A stretch of 64,000 bases of DNA from Squalus acanthias (taxonomy: Eukaryota), in NCBI GenBank assembly GCA_030390025.1, contig CM059432.1, positions 43,588,001 to 43,652,000 on the forward strand, given 5' to 3'. The translations under genes were made by a program, and so were the position numbers. Of the stretch, positions 35,725 through 48,370 are shown piece by piece. The notes beneath the pieces were generated by a model, which saw only the letters and a program-made list of their open reading frames with translations, had not been told where the DNA came from and did not search any database. The first letter of the stretch is position 1; each line of letters starts with the position of its first letter.

Positions 35725-38430
35725 ATGCCCACCACCAGGCAAAAATGTGCTCCACGATTTGTTGAGCCCTCCCTCCAAGCTCTGGTGGAGGGAGCAAGAA
35801 CCAATAAGGAGGTGCTCTTCCCTTCCTCAGGGAGAAAAAAGCCACCACAACAAACTAAAGCTGTGTGGCTGCAAGTGGCCCAGGAGGTCAATGCAATCTC
35901 TATGTTCCGCAGAACCTGGCTGCAGTGCAGGAAGAGGTTTCATGACCTTCTCCGCACAGGAAAAGTGAGTATCATAGAATCATAGAAGATAGGAGCAGGA
36001 GTAGGCCATTCGACCCCTCTAGCCTGCTCCGGCATTCAATGCGATCATGGCTGATCATCCAAATTCAGTACCCTGTCCCTGCTTTCTCCCCATATCCCTT
36101 GATCCCTTTAGCCTTAAGAAATATATCCAACTCCTTCTTGAATCTATTTAATGAATTGGCCTCTACTGCCTTCTGTGGCAGAGAATTCCACAGGTTCACC
36201 ACTCTCTGGGTGAAGAAATTCCACCTCATTTCTGTCCTAAATGGCTTACCCCTTTTCTTCAGACTGTGACCCCTGGTTCTGGACTCCCCGACCATCGGGA
36301 ACATCCTTGCTGCATCTAGTTTGTCCTGTCCTGTCAGAATTTTATAAGTTTCAATGAGATCCCCTCTCATTCTTCTAAACTCCAGCGACTATAAGCCCAA
36401 TCGACCCAATCTCTCCTCATACGTCATTCCTGCCATCCCAGGTATCAGCCTTGTGAATCTTCGCTGAACTCCTTCCATGGCAAGAACATCCTTCCTCAGA
36501 TAAGGCGACCAAAACTGCACACAGTACTCAAGGTGTGGTCTCACCAAGGCCCTGTACAACTGCAGCAAGACATCCTTGTTCCTGTACTCAAACCCTCTCG
36601 CGATGAAGGCCAACATACCATTTGCCTTCTTAACCGCCTGCTGCAACTGCATGCTTACCTTCAGCGACTGGTGCACAAGGACACCCAGGTCTCGATGACT
36701 TTCTCATCACCCTCAATCTCATCCCCATCGCCTCTCCTCACCAGCACTCTGCTTTGCCAACCTCTTCCTCCACATCCCACTTGGCACTGAAATCCCAGCA
36801 CCTTACCCATTCCCTCTCTCTCTATGGTCACATTCACTTAACTATTCCACCATGCAGCCCTCACACTCTCTATCACTGTGATGCAATGAAAACAACTTAC
36901 AACACACAGGGAGGGCCCTTTGTTTCCTTCTAAGCATCCATGCTATGGATTCTCTTCACTCACACCTTCATTCTCACTCAAACTCCACTTCTGTCCCTCA
37001 TTGCAGGAAAAGAGAGCCCACAATAAGAGGGAAAGAGCGAGGACAGGAGGAGGGCCACCCTCAGTAGCCCAGCTCACCATTTCAGAGGAGGCGGCCCTGG
37101 AAATCGCCGGGATCAAGGAGGATTCCCAAGTGGGGGATGGACAGGCGGGCGCATCACAGCAAGCTGGTGACAGAATAGTTTGGCATCTCTCTCATTGACA
37201 TTGCATGAGTGACTGATAATGATTCTGATGCTCTAACAGATTGACTTATGATCATCTGCACAATTCAATGTGCATGCAACCTTTACCTCACGTCTCTAAC
37301 TCTTTCCTTTACTCCCCCACAGGACCATCGAGAGCCCCCGTCCCCACTGTCCAGGAGGAAGAGCCTGAGCTTCCAGACTCCTCAAAGGAAGCTGCAACCT
37401 CTGAGGGCGCTCCGTCAGCAGAATTAAGCGCACCCTGCACCAGCGCAGACACTCACACCTCGGTGGGACCTTCGGGACATAGAGTAGATTTGCACCTGGT
37501 GTATCACAGCTCACAAGTGAGCATCAGCAGATGGTTGAGACAGGGACAGCAGTGGAGAGTCCTCGTCGCAGTGGAGAGGATGCTCCCAGCTTGGCTCCGC
37601 TGCATGTCGACCCTGTGCCTCCGGGTCCATCCAGAAGGAGAGCGGTGTTGGAACTCCAGGAACAGGTGCAGGAGTCTCTGGCAGGTTTTGTCTCCAGGGT
37701 CGCTGCGAGTGTGGAGCGAATGGAGGAGTCCATCACGAACATGAGCAGAGCCTTTGTGGAGGCGTTGGCGCATGAATGCATCATCACGGAATGGATGGCA
37801 ACCTCCTTGGAAAGGATGTCTACCTCCATGGTAAGGCTGGCTACCGTAGAGGAGAGGATGGCTACGGTAGAGGAGAGGATAGCTACGTCCATGGAGGAGC
37901 TTAGTCGCCAGGGTATGGAAAACATGGTCATTGTTCAGAATAGACTGACATCTCTTGAGGAGCGATGGTCAGCTATTGAGCAGAGAAACCAGACCTTCAT
38001 GCAAGTCCTCTGGAGTAGGACTTCCAGTGCAGAAACAGGTCCTCATGGCCCCCCTGCAGTGCAGCAAGGTGCTGACCAGCCACTTGCTAGCTCTGAAGTG
38101 GGGCTGACCCATGAGAGGGATGTTGGTGGCATACAACAAGGAAGTGGGGGCTCCTCTCCAAGCGCTCACACGACCATGCCACTGCAGAGCCCTCAGTCAG
38201 AGCCCCACCAGAGTCCCCACCCAACTGAGATCGGCACCTCAACCACTGCACAGCCGCAGGAGCAGCAGACTGTTGCCGAGCCCTCACAGGTTCGCAACCC
38301 CAGAGGATGCCCGCCAAAGTTGTCTCGATAGGAGCAACAAGAAAGTGAGCAAGGGGCCTCCACATCTGCTGAAGCCACAGGGGAAGCACCACGTAGGAGC
38401 ACGCGTAAGAGGAAGATAATGCACAAGTAG
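35725..38430 (+). pseudogene. Harbinger Myb/SANT gene, 3 exons (35725-35964, 37007-37166, 37323-38430)
   Basis: MPTTRQKCAPRFVEPSLQALVEG...AVWLQVAQEVNAISMFRRTWLQCRKRFHDL. Exons 1-2 open. Exon 3 has a frameshift near 37500 and a TAG at 38329. Confidence 0.88.
35972..36694 (-). mobile_element. CR1 3' fragment inserted in Myb intron 1
   Basis: ORFs 36065..36370 and 36389..36676 are CR1 ORF2 C-terminus. Tail lies ~7 nt after the GTGAGT donor. Confidence 0.93.
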
Positions 38431-39599
38431 TCACAAGGGTAGTCACTTGGGTGTAATGTTGTGTTTAATTTTGAAAAGCCATCAGGTGCTTATTGTCATA
38501 AAACATTCTGATGGCAAACTGTTGCAGTTGTGGCGTGTGTCATTTTGCTAATGGGACTTCCACATTGAGGGCTTAGAGCGACTTGCAATTGTCAGTATGG
38601 TGGTCAGAGTGATAGGAATCCGTAGGTTCTTGTCCATTGTCGATGCTCTGGTAAGAAGGTGCAAGGCAAAAGTGTTTGATTGTGCAGGCTAAGCAAATGT
38701 GACCAACATGAGTGCGAACCTTGCATCCTGGGCAGCAATATGGTCGCGCTCTGGCGACTTCTGGCCTGTGCATCTTCAGGTGGGTGAGCAGCAGCTTGGC
38801 GCTCCTGTTGATGCTCCTGCTGTTGGTGCTGCTGTTGCTCATGGTTCTGCTGCTGCCGCGGCTGGACTTCATCCGAATCTGATGCCCAGGAGGAAAGGAA
38901 TTAAATGGTTCTCATTCTTCTGGTATATGCCTCAGTTGAGGAAGCGCTTAGTCAAGGTGGGGAGAGGGGTTTCCCAGGAGGTCACACTGGAGATGGGTGT
39001 CAGGCTCCAAACTTCCACAACACTGAGTATGCCTGCTAAAAGTTCCCCCAGACCTGAAACAACAAAGTTCTGCTACCTGCAAATGATCATTGGTGAAAAC
39101 TCCTTTGTAATGGTGGAGCTGCAGCTGGTCGTAAGCAATCCACTTGTGAGGCCGCCAGCATTACCTGGCGTGTTCCAACGGAGGCGTGAGGGATGGGGGG
39201 AATGACTTAAAATCGGAAGACCTCTCAAAATGGGATTATAGAGGCTATTAAGTGGGTGTTAAGGGCCTATCCCGTCTCTTGGAGGCGGGATGGAAAGGGG
39301 GTCAGAAAAGACGCATTCGGGAAAATTGCTCGGAGGCGGGATCGGGCCCGCCGGCCATTTTTGGCGATTTTAACAACTCACACGCCTCCAATCCCGCCTC
39401 CTTGGGCCTGGCAAAATCGAGCCCTATGACTCAGAAGCCCTGAGACAAGGGCCACCTCGGTCTTAAGAGGCTCATAATACTACAGCTCATCCAAGCACCT
39501 CTGGCATCCCTGGCCCTCAGATTCATTACCTTGGTTCAAAACCAGAATAGATTTAAGTTTTCGAAGGTGTGACTGTTCTTTGTTTTTATGCTTAAGAAG

Positions 39600-39860
39600 A
39601 TATTTTGAGGTCAATTTGCAATGGGACCACAGTTCCTTCCATGTCTCCTGAATGAACTGTTACCTCCTTAAGCAGACGTGTTCTGAGGTATCATTGAGGG
39701 AGTGGCATGATCTGTAGACTCTGGTGGAAGGGTACCTCATAGTTGGTCTTCCTCTCCTATTCTGTGTGCCCTTCTGCCATTTCCTCTTCCTCCTGCTGCT
39801 CTTCTGCCTCCATTAAGAGGACATATATAGTATTGCCTATAGTGAACCCCATGGTAAAGC
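39600..39860 (-). pseudogene. Ancient Harbinger transposase N-terminal remnant
   Basis: EAEEQQEEEE...RYPSTRVYR...SEHVCLRR resembles [25 protein letters not shown]. Confidence 0.5.
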
Positions 39861-40903
39861 TCCATGACAGAATGATGGAAAACAAAAGATTTCCCTGCCT
39901 GAAGTTGCTGAAAGGCAGTTTACAGAATCCTTTCTTAGTTATGAAAATGCTTTTTCTGATCACTTCAGACAAAGTTTGTGAATATTCAAGTCTGTGAACT
40001 CAACCACTTCCCGGTTTGACAAGTCATGCAGGTAAATTACCCTTCTTTTCTACAAGGTTAACTTTAGTCAGGTGCAATTCTGGTGGAAATGGTGGAATTT
40101 TTGCGACAGCAACTTTTGGCGAGTTATTTGCTTAAATGTATCACTTTGGAGTGGCCAGCAGCCAATGCTGTAGCGTATATTTTATAGAATGGGCGTAACT
40201 CTGGTCTGGTATCTGAATGATACCCTGAGTTCCAGTCTCCCCTATCTCAAAACTGTACTACTTTTACTCCAAAATAATCTTAGAATCTTGGGCACTACCC
40301 GAACAATTGAGATACCTAAATTGCTATTTGAACAAACTGAATGTTTACTCTACAACAGACCATATTGCTTTGTTCGTTGGACTTGTGTTTAGTTGGCTTT
40401 TGGAGTGGTAAGACTGAGTCACAATCCATGGTTTTAAACTAGAGTCATCTCTTAAAAGGTAGCCTTGCAGTTAGTTATCCTGTTCAAATAAATCAGGCAG
40501 GCAAGACTGGTTAAGGATGAAGGGGTTATATTGGTTGTTGCGAAAAGGATCATTTAAAGAATATTGTGTACCATTTGATTGACTTCAGTTCACCATACTG
40601 CCACATAGGTAAAGTTAATCATATAGAATTGTTGCTTAATCATGGCACAGAAGAAAAAGAATGAAAATCCAATGGTTAAATTCCTATACTTGTATATTAT
40701 GAAAGCCATAAAAAAGTTATGCAGAAATAAAATAATTTTACAACGTGAAAGTTAAATTAATTTAGCAAAGTCCTAATTTTCTGTTTATTATTCAATATGA
40801 CAATGAGTTACATTGAGAGTGACTACATTTTTTCCTGTGCATTTAGTTACCAATATTTGCCTACCATGGACAGAGTAGATAAACAATATTTGCCTCTTCA
40901 TAT

Positions 40904-42250
40904 TGTAGGGGGTGGTGTTGTAGGGTCAGCTTCACCTCTGACTCAGTGAGCGGTTCAAATCGCTCCCACGCCCCTGGTTCTAGACATTGGACTTATTTGG
41001 GGGTCGTGAACAAAAGGTGCAGTAGACAACAGGTTTTGATGAAAAAATTTCGATCTTTATTCAAGGAAGTAAAACACAACACAAACACTCTTAACACTCT
41101 AAAGGTGGGGAACACTTCAGTACACGCGAGGGAAATAACATTAGAAGAATACTTCACCCCTCCCAATCCCACTACACTATCTAGGTTGGACTCTGGAGAA
41201 CCAGGGATAATGCTCACCAAATGAATCCTTGACAGTTGAGAGTTAGGGTTTAGAGTCTTTTGAGTAAAAGGTTTTGTAAGGCCCTTGTTGTCGCGAGGTG
41301 TCCGATGGTCACTGAGGCGGTCGCTCTGGTCTCTTCTTGCATGTCGGCCTACTTCTGGAGCTGTTGGCTTTCTTTGTTGAACTGCTTTCTGTTTAAACTG
41401 TCTTCTTCTGAGCAATGGAACTGCCTTCTTGCAGAACTGTGGAAACTGCCTTCTGCCTGCTTGTTGAACTTGAACTGTTTTACTGGAGAACTGGAGAACT
41501 CCCTTCTTACTGAACTGCCTTCTTTAACTGCCCAACTTGCTTCTCCTGAACTCTGTAATTCCAGCACTGACTTCTGCTGAAAACCAGGCTTTCAAATTGA
41601 ACTCCAGAACTGCCTTCTGTTGAACTTGAACTGTTGTTACTCTTGAACTGCTTGATGGGCCTTCAATTATACTAAATTGAAGTGGCCTTATCAAAACCAA
41701 ACCAAATCATTGTAAGACCTCGTTAACAGTAACGACTTTACTAGCATGTTAACTGGTTTTGTAAATGTGTGAAGTGGTTTCAAAATAGCTCCATCCTGTC
41801 GATCTGTTGTTTAATCGGAGTTTGAATTGTCCTCATGTTTTGGGTTTCTTGACTGGGCCGAGGACTTCGATCGAATATTTGCTTTATGCATGTCTTTAAT
41901 GGGTTCTGTAATTGGTTTGATGGGACCTGTTGTTTTGGGTGGGGCTGTCTCCTCCTAGGGTCTATTGTCAAAATGTTAATGCTTGCTGGGGCTTGAGTGA
42001 GGTCATCCCGATTCCCCAGATAATGCAATTTAACTGCAATACCAAAACTGATTTTGCAGAGGTCGTACCCAACTTCCTTCACAGCTTTTTCTCCCTTCAC
42101 AGGCCCAGACATACTTTTAAAATGCCAAAACTTGGTTTTTGGTCTTACAGTCTCTTATGTTAGGCCCAAATGCATTTTTATCACTCTGAGGTAGTTCCAA
42201 AGTCCTTTTTCCTTAGGTTTTGGGGATCTGCAAAGTTTGGAAACCTTACA
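40904..42250 (-). mobile_element. Solo LTR (1347 bp)
   Basis: TGTAGG...CCTTACA termini. 4-bp TSD ATAT (40900-40903, 42251-42254). AATAAA on minus strand at ~41056. Internal short repeats (ACTGCCTTCT, TTGAACTTGAACTG) at ~41380-41650. Confidence 0.82.
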
Positions 42251-42972
42251 ATATATACCCCTCAAACTACACTAGTGCAGAGGAAGAGTTTATGGAATGC
42301 ATTCAAGTTAGTTTTCTAGGTCAGTATGTCAAGGAAACTACAAGGTAATTGGCTATTTTAGATCTAGTACTGTGCAATGAGACAGGGTTAATTGTCTTGT
42401 AGTCAAGGAGCCTCTGGGGTGCAGTGATCATAATATGATAGAATTTTATGTTGAGTTTGAGACTGATTTAGTTAAGTCCGAAACTAGGGTCCTAAACCTG
42501 AACAAAGCAAACTATGTCGGTATGAGAGGCAAGTTGGCTAAGGTAGGTTGGGAAACTAGATTAAAAGATATGACAGTAGAAAAGCAATGGCAAACATTTA
42601 AAGAAATAATTCATAATTCGCAATAAATATACATTACCTTAACGAAAAAAACACCATGGGAAAAATGGTCCAACCGTGGCTAACAAGAGAAATTAAAGAT
42701 AGTATTAGATTAAAGGAAGAAGCATATAATGTTGCCAAAATGAGTAGTAAGCCTGAGGATTGGGAGGATTTTAGAATTCAGCAAAGGAGAACCAAGAAAT
42801 TGATAAAGAAAGGGGAAATAGAATATGAGAGTAAACTACAGACTGTAAAAGCTTCTATAGGTATGTAAAAAGGAAAAGATTAGCAAAAGTAAATGTGGGT
42901 CCCTTACAGGCTGAGACCAGAGAAATTATAATGGAGAATAAGTTAATGGCAGAGAAATTAAACAAATGCTTT

Positions 42973-43656
42973 GGGCTGGATTTTGATACTGGGGCGGGTT
43001 GGGGTCGTGTCATCCACCCGAATGCAATTGGATGTGGGAGATTGATGCAATTTTCACCTAATTGGGCAATTGAGTTCCAGCATGTGGGAACCCATGAACC
43101 AATTAGTGTTTTCAGTCTGAAAGTCGCCTCTGATGATGTCATCATTGCTGCTGCATTGAAGGTCTTCAGAGACTGCCTGGCCTTTGCTGTGAGAGGACCT
43201 GGATGCAAAATGAGCAGCAGCAGCAGCCCTAAGTCTGCTCCCAGATATTTTTACACCACCACAGAGAGAGAGGAGAGAGGAGAGAGGAGAGAGGAGAGAG
43301 GAGAGAGGAGAGAGGAGAGAGGAGAGAGGAGAGAGAGAGAGAGAAAGAGAATCCAGCCAGCCAAATGTGCTCCCTCCAGGTTTCACAATCGTGGTTCAGA
43401 ACAGGCGTGCTTCACGTAGAACAACAGGTTAAAATCACGAAAGCCTTTCAAAATGGCATTATAGAGCCAATTTAGTGCTTGTTAAGAGCCTTAACAGCCT
43501 ATACCGTCTCTTAAAGGTGGGACGCAGTCGGGACCAGCAGACACGATTTAATGAAAATTGCGTGGAGGCGGACTTGTGCCCGCCCGCCAGTTTTCGCAAT
43601 TTTAACCCCCCACACGCCTCCAAACCCGCCTCCACGGGTCAATGAAAATCCAGCCC
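42973..43656. mobile_element. Harbinger family B MITE with internal (GAGAG)n tract at ~43264-43345
   Basis: 12-bp TIR GGGCTGGATTTT / AAAATCCAGCCC. TSD TTT. Ends homologous to 35438-39424. Confidence 0.9.
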
Positions 43657-44438
43657 TTTGTGTCTGTCTTCACGGAAGAAAATGCAAAAAAACTTCGCAG
43701 AAATAGTGGAGAACCATGGGTCCAGCGAGAATGAAGAACTGACAGAAATTAGTATTAGTAAAAAAACAGTACTGGAGAAATTAATGGGATTGAAAGCCAA
43801 TAAATCCCCTGGACCTGATGGCCGACATCCTAGGGTTTTAAAAGAGGTGGCTATAGAGATGGTGGATGCATTGGTTGCCATCTTCTAAAATTCCATAGAT
43901 TCTAGAACGGTTCCTGTGGATTGGAAGGTAGCAAATGTAACCCCACTATTTAAGAAAGGAGGGAGAGAGAAAATGGGGAACTACAGACCAGTTAGTCTGA
44001 CATCAGTAGTAGGGGAAATGCTAGAATCTATTATTAAGGACGTGGTAACAGGGCACTTAGAAAATAATAATAGGATTGGGCAGAGTCAACATGGATTTAT
44101 GAAAGGGAAATCGTGTTTGATGAATCTGTTCGAGTTTTTTGAGGTTGTAACTAGCAGAATAGATAAGGGGGAACCAGTAGATGTGGTATATTTGGATTTT
44201 CAGAAGGTATTTGATAAAGTGCCACACAAGAGGTTATTAAACAAAATTAGGGCTCATGGGATTGGGGTAATATATTAGCATGGATTGTGGATTGGTTGAC
44301 GGACAGAAAACAGAGAGTAGGAATAAACAGGTCATTTTTGGGTTGGCAGGCTGTAACTAGTGGGGTACCGCAAGGATCAGCGCTTGGGCCTCAGCTAATC
44401 ACAATCTATATCAATGATTTGGATGAGGGAACCAAATG

Positions 44439-46080
44439 GATGATCCATATCGGCCTCCTCCTGAGGTCCCCACCATCACAGAAGCCAGTCTTCAGCCAAT
44501 TCGATTCACTCCACATGATATCAAGAAATGGCTGAGAGCACTGGATACAGCAAAGGTTATCATCCTTAAACATCCCGGCTATCATGCTGAAGACTTGTGC
44601 TCCAGAACTAGCCGCGCCTCTAGCCAAGCTGTTCCAGTACAGCTACAACACTGGCATCTATCCAACAATGTGCAAAACTGCCCAGGTATGACCTGTCCAC
44701 AAAAAGCAGGACAAATCCAACCCAGCCAATTACCGCCCCATCAGTCTACTCTCAATCATCAGCAAAGTGATGGAAGGTGTCATCGACAGTGCTATCAAGC
44801 GGCACTTACTCACCAATAACCTGCTCACTGATGCCCAATTTGAGTTCCGCCAAGACCACTCGGCTCCCGACCTCATTACAGCCTTGGTCCAAACATGGAC
44901 AAAGGAGCTGAATTCCAGAGGTGAGGTCAGAGTAACTGCCCTTGACATCAAGGCAGCATTTGACCGAGTGTGGCATCAAGGAGCCCTAGTAAAACTGAAG
45001 TCAATGGGAATCGGGGGGAAACTCTCCACTGGCTGGAGTCATACCTAGCACAATCGAAGAATGTTGTGGTGGTTGAAGATCAATCATCACAGCCCTAGGA
45101 CATCGCTGCAGGAGTTCCTAAGGGCAGTGTCCTAGGCCCAACCATCTTCAGCTGCTTCACCAATGAACTTCCCTCCAACATAAGGTCAGAAATGGGGATG
45201 TTCGCTGATGACTGCACAGTGTTCAGCGCCATTCACAACTCCTCAGATAATGAAGCAGTCCATGCCCGCATGCAACAAGACCTGAACAACATTCAGGCTT
45301 GGGCTGATAAGTGGCAGGTAACATTCGCGCCACAGAAGTGCCAGGCAATGACTATCTCCAACAAGCGAGAGTCTAACCACCGCTCCTTGACATTCAACAG
45401 CATTACCATTGCCGAATCCCCCACCATCAACATCCTGGGGGGTCACCATTGACAAGAAACTTAACTGGACCAGCCACATAAATACTGTGGCAACAAGAGC
45501 AGGTCAGAGGCTAGGTATTCTGCGGCAAGTGTCTCACATCCTGACTCCCCAAAGCCTTTCCACCATCTACAAGGCACAAGTAAGGAGTGTGATGGAATAC
45601 TCTCCACTTGCCTAGATGAGTGCAGCTCCAACAACACTCAAGAAGCTCAACACCATCCAAGACAAAGCAGCCCGCTTGATTGGCACTCCCTCCACCACCG
45701 GCGTAATGTGGCTGCAGTGTGTGCCATCTACAAGATGCACTGCAGAAACTCACCAAGGCTTCTTCGGCAGCACCTCCCTACCCGCGACCTCTTCCACCTA
45801 AAAGGACAAGGGCAGCAGGCGCATGGGAACACCACCACCTCCAAGTTCCCCTCCAAGTCACATACCATCCTGACTTAGAAGTATATCGCCAATCCTTCAT
45901 CGTCGCTGGGTCAAAATCCTGGAACTCCCTACCTAACAGCACTGTGGGAGTACCTTCACCACACGGACTGCAGCGGTTCAAGAAGGCGGCTCACCACCAC
46001 CTTCTCAAGGGCAATTAGGGATGGGCAATAAATGCTGGCCTTGCCAGCGATGCCCCCATCCCATAAACAAATTTTAAAAA
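44439..46080 (+). mobile_element. Second LINE family (CR1-group RT; HER1/HE1-type 3' tail), 5'-truncated
   Basis: LDIKAAFDRVWH, MFADDCTVF, QQDLNNIQAWADKWQVTF. 3' GGGCAATTAGGGATGGGCAATAAATGCTGGCC plus A-tail. TSD AAATG. HER1 name is from memory. Confidence 0.85.
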
Positions 46081-47106
46081 AAATGTAATATATCCAAGTT
46101 TGCTGATGATACAAAGCTAGGTGGGAATGTAAGTTGTGAGGATGATGCAAAGAGGCTTCAAGGGGATATAGACAGGCTAAGTGCGTGGGCAAGAACATGG
46201 CAAATGGAATATAATGTGGAGAAATGTGAAGTTATCCACTTTGGTAGGAGAAATAGAAAACAGAGTATTTTTTAAATGGTGAGAGATTGGGAAAGGTTGG
46301 TGTTCAGAGGGACCTGGGTGTCCTTGTACATGAATCACAGAAAGTTAACATGCAGGTACAGCAAGAAATTAGGAAAGCAAATGGTATGTTGGCCTTTATT
46401 ACAAGAGGATTCGATTATAAGAGTAAAGACGTCTTACTGCAATTATATAGGGCCCTGGTGAGACCACACCTGGAGTATTGTGTACAGTTTTGGTCTCCTT
46501 ACCTAAGGAAGGATATATTTGCCATAGAGGAAGTGCAACAAAGGTTCACCAGACTGATTCCTGGGATGGGGAGATTGTCCTATGAGGACAGATTGAGTAG
46601 ACTAGGCCTATATTCTCTAGAGTTTAGAAGAATGAGAGGTGATCTCATTGAAACATACAAAATTCTTACAGGGCTTGATAGGGTAGATGCAGGAAGGATG
46701 TTTCCCCTGGCTGGGGAGGCGAGAACCAGGAGTCACAGTCTCAGAATAAGGTGTCGGCCATTTATGACTGAGATGAGGTGAAATTTCTTCACACAGAGGG
46801 TGGTGAATTTTTGGAATTCTCTACCCCAGAGGTCTGTGGAGTCTCAGTCGTTGAGTATATTCAAGACAGAGATCAATAGATTTTTGGATATTAAGGGAAT
46901 CAAGGGATATGGGGATAGTGCGGGAAGGTGGAGTTGAGGTAGAAAATCAGCCATGATCTTATTGAATGGAGGAGCAGGCTCGAGGGGCTGATTAGCCTAC
47001 TCCTGCTCCTATTTCTTATGTTCTTATGTTCTCCCAGCCCATGGTATTTCTGAACTACACTAGACTGCAATCTTCCACTGTAATCTTTGTTCTAAATACA
47101 CAGCAC

Positions 47107-48002
47107 TGTTAGAAACTAAAGATGCCTAAAAATGTATATGGTTATGCAATTAAAACTGACATGAAAAATACTGTGTTTAAATGGTTATGTTTGAATTGCA
47201 GACGGAAAGTCTCCTTGGGACAGATACATGCTTAGAAGTTTCCTACGGAGGGTAATCTCCCTGTTGCTAAGCGATTATCTGTAGTTTTTAAGTTAAGACT
47301 TGAACCTTGTTTATCTATTTTATGTATAATGCTAAGGTAGGATTTGAAGTTAGTTTAACAGAACTGCTTGCGAAGATAATGGAAGGAAGTTTGGGGAAGT
47401 TAACGTAAACATTTGCTGCATCATAAAGGAGGTAACACTCTGAAGCGAACAGGTTTCGAGTTGGGCCTCTTGAGATCAAAGAAGGATTCGGACGAAAGAG
47501 ATAAGACACAAATTCCACAGGAAGGAAACCCTGGAAAAATATAAACAGAGAAAGACATGTGGCCAAAATCGTAAGACATCTTTAGGGCGGGTTTTGACAC
47601 AAGAATCAAGATAAAGAACCAGAAGTCCCATTGGATATTAAGGTTTTAGGGGAACTTCTATCGGTCAAAAGGTCTTGTCAATATCCAGGTTCAGGCCCAC
47701 CCCTAAAAGTAGAATAAAAGTGACCTCCCAAAAGCTTGTACTCACAGACAGAAGAGAAAGAGAGCGAGAGAGCTTGTACTCACAGACGAAAGGAAGAAGA
47801 GAATTGCTCACGTGTGTCAACCGTCTGTCCGATCGGATCGGTATCAGCTTCTTGTCATGGTTGTATGTTTTTGTTGTATAACTAATGTGTTATATACCGT
47901 CTTAAACTCTGATTAAACACAATATACCCATCATATTGGTTTGTACTCGAACCTGATTATTTAAAGTGACCAGAGATAGCCATAACTTGGCTATTTCTAA
48001 CA
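47107..48002 (+). mobile_element. Solo LTR (896 bp)
   Basis: 9-bp terminal inverted repeat TGTTAGAAA...TTTCTAACA. 4-bp TSD GCAC/GCAT. AATAAA at ~47713 and ATTAAA at ~47912. Confidence 0.82.
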
Positions 48003-48370
48003 GCATGGCCTCTCATACCTGAATTTGTTTACCAAGTTTCATTTCTAAGTTATTGTATTATCAGGACATATATTCATAACTATCATCAGTAAATTGAAGA
48101 TCTTCCTTTGTGTAGGCTGGATTTAAATCTGTCTAGACAAAGAAACTGCTTGCTTTGTTCCATCCAATCCTTCTATCAAATGTACAGGACCTAAGCAAAA
48201 CATTCTTACATCTTACTCACAAACTATCAAAGCCTTTTGTAACAAATGGGGAGACTTTAATGTTGCTTTATATAATCTGAAATAAAAGGAAATATAAAGA
48301 TAATTGAACCATAATGAACATCGATAATTTAAACAAATGAAAATGAATTCTGTTGTACATCATACTCAAT

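Larger units (their letters stand above)
35438..39424. mobile_element. Harbinger family B element retaining the Myb gene but lacking the transposase core
   Basis: TIRs GGGCTGGATTTTG / CAAAATCGAGCCC. TSD CAT/TAT. Only a fused N/C-terminal transposase stub remains at ~38690-38930 (-). Confidence 0.9.
42280..47031 (+). mobile_element. CR1 LINE (endonuclease end to 3' tail) interrupted by a MITE and a second LINE
   Basis: CR1 ORF2 is collinear across 42280-42972, 43657-44438 and 46081-47031. (TTCTTATG)n tail at ~47012-47031. Confidence 0.92.

Noticed and set aside
41380..41650. CRISPR-like repeat array
   Set aside because: Short degenerate repeats with irregular spacing inside an LTR; eukaryotic context, no cas genes.
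42895..43419. 174-aa ORF with an EERGERR repeat
   Set aside because: Chimeric CR1/MITE reading frame running through a (GAGAG)n microsatellite.
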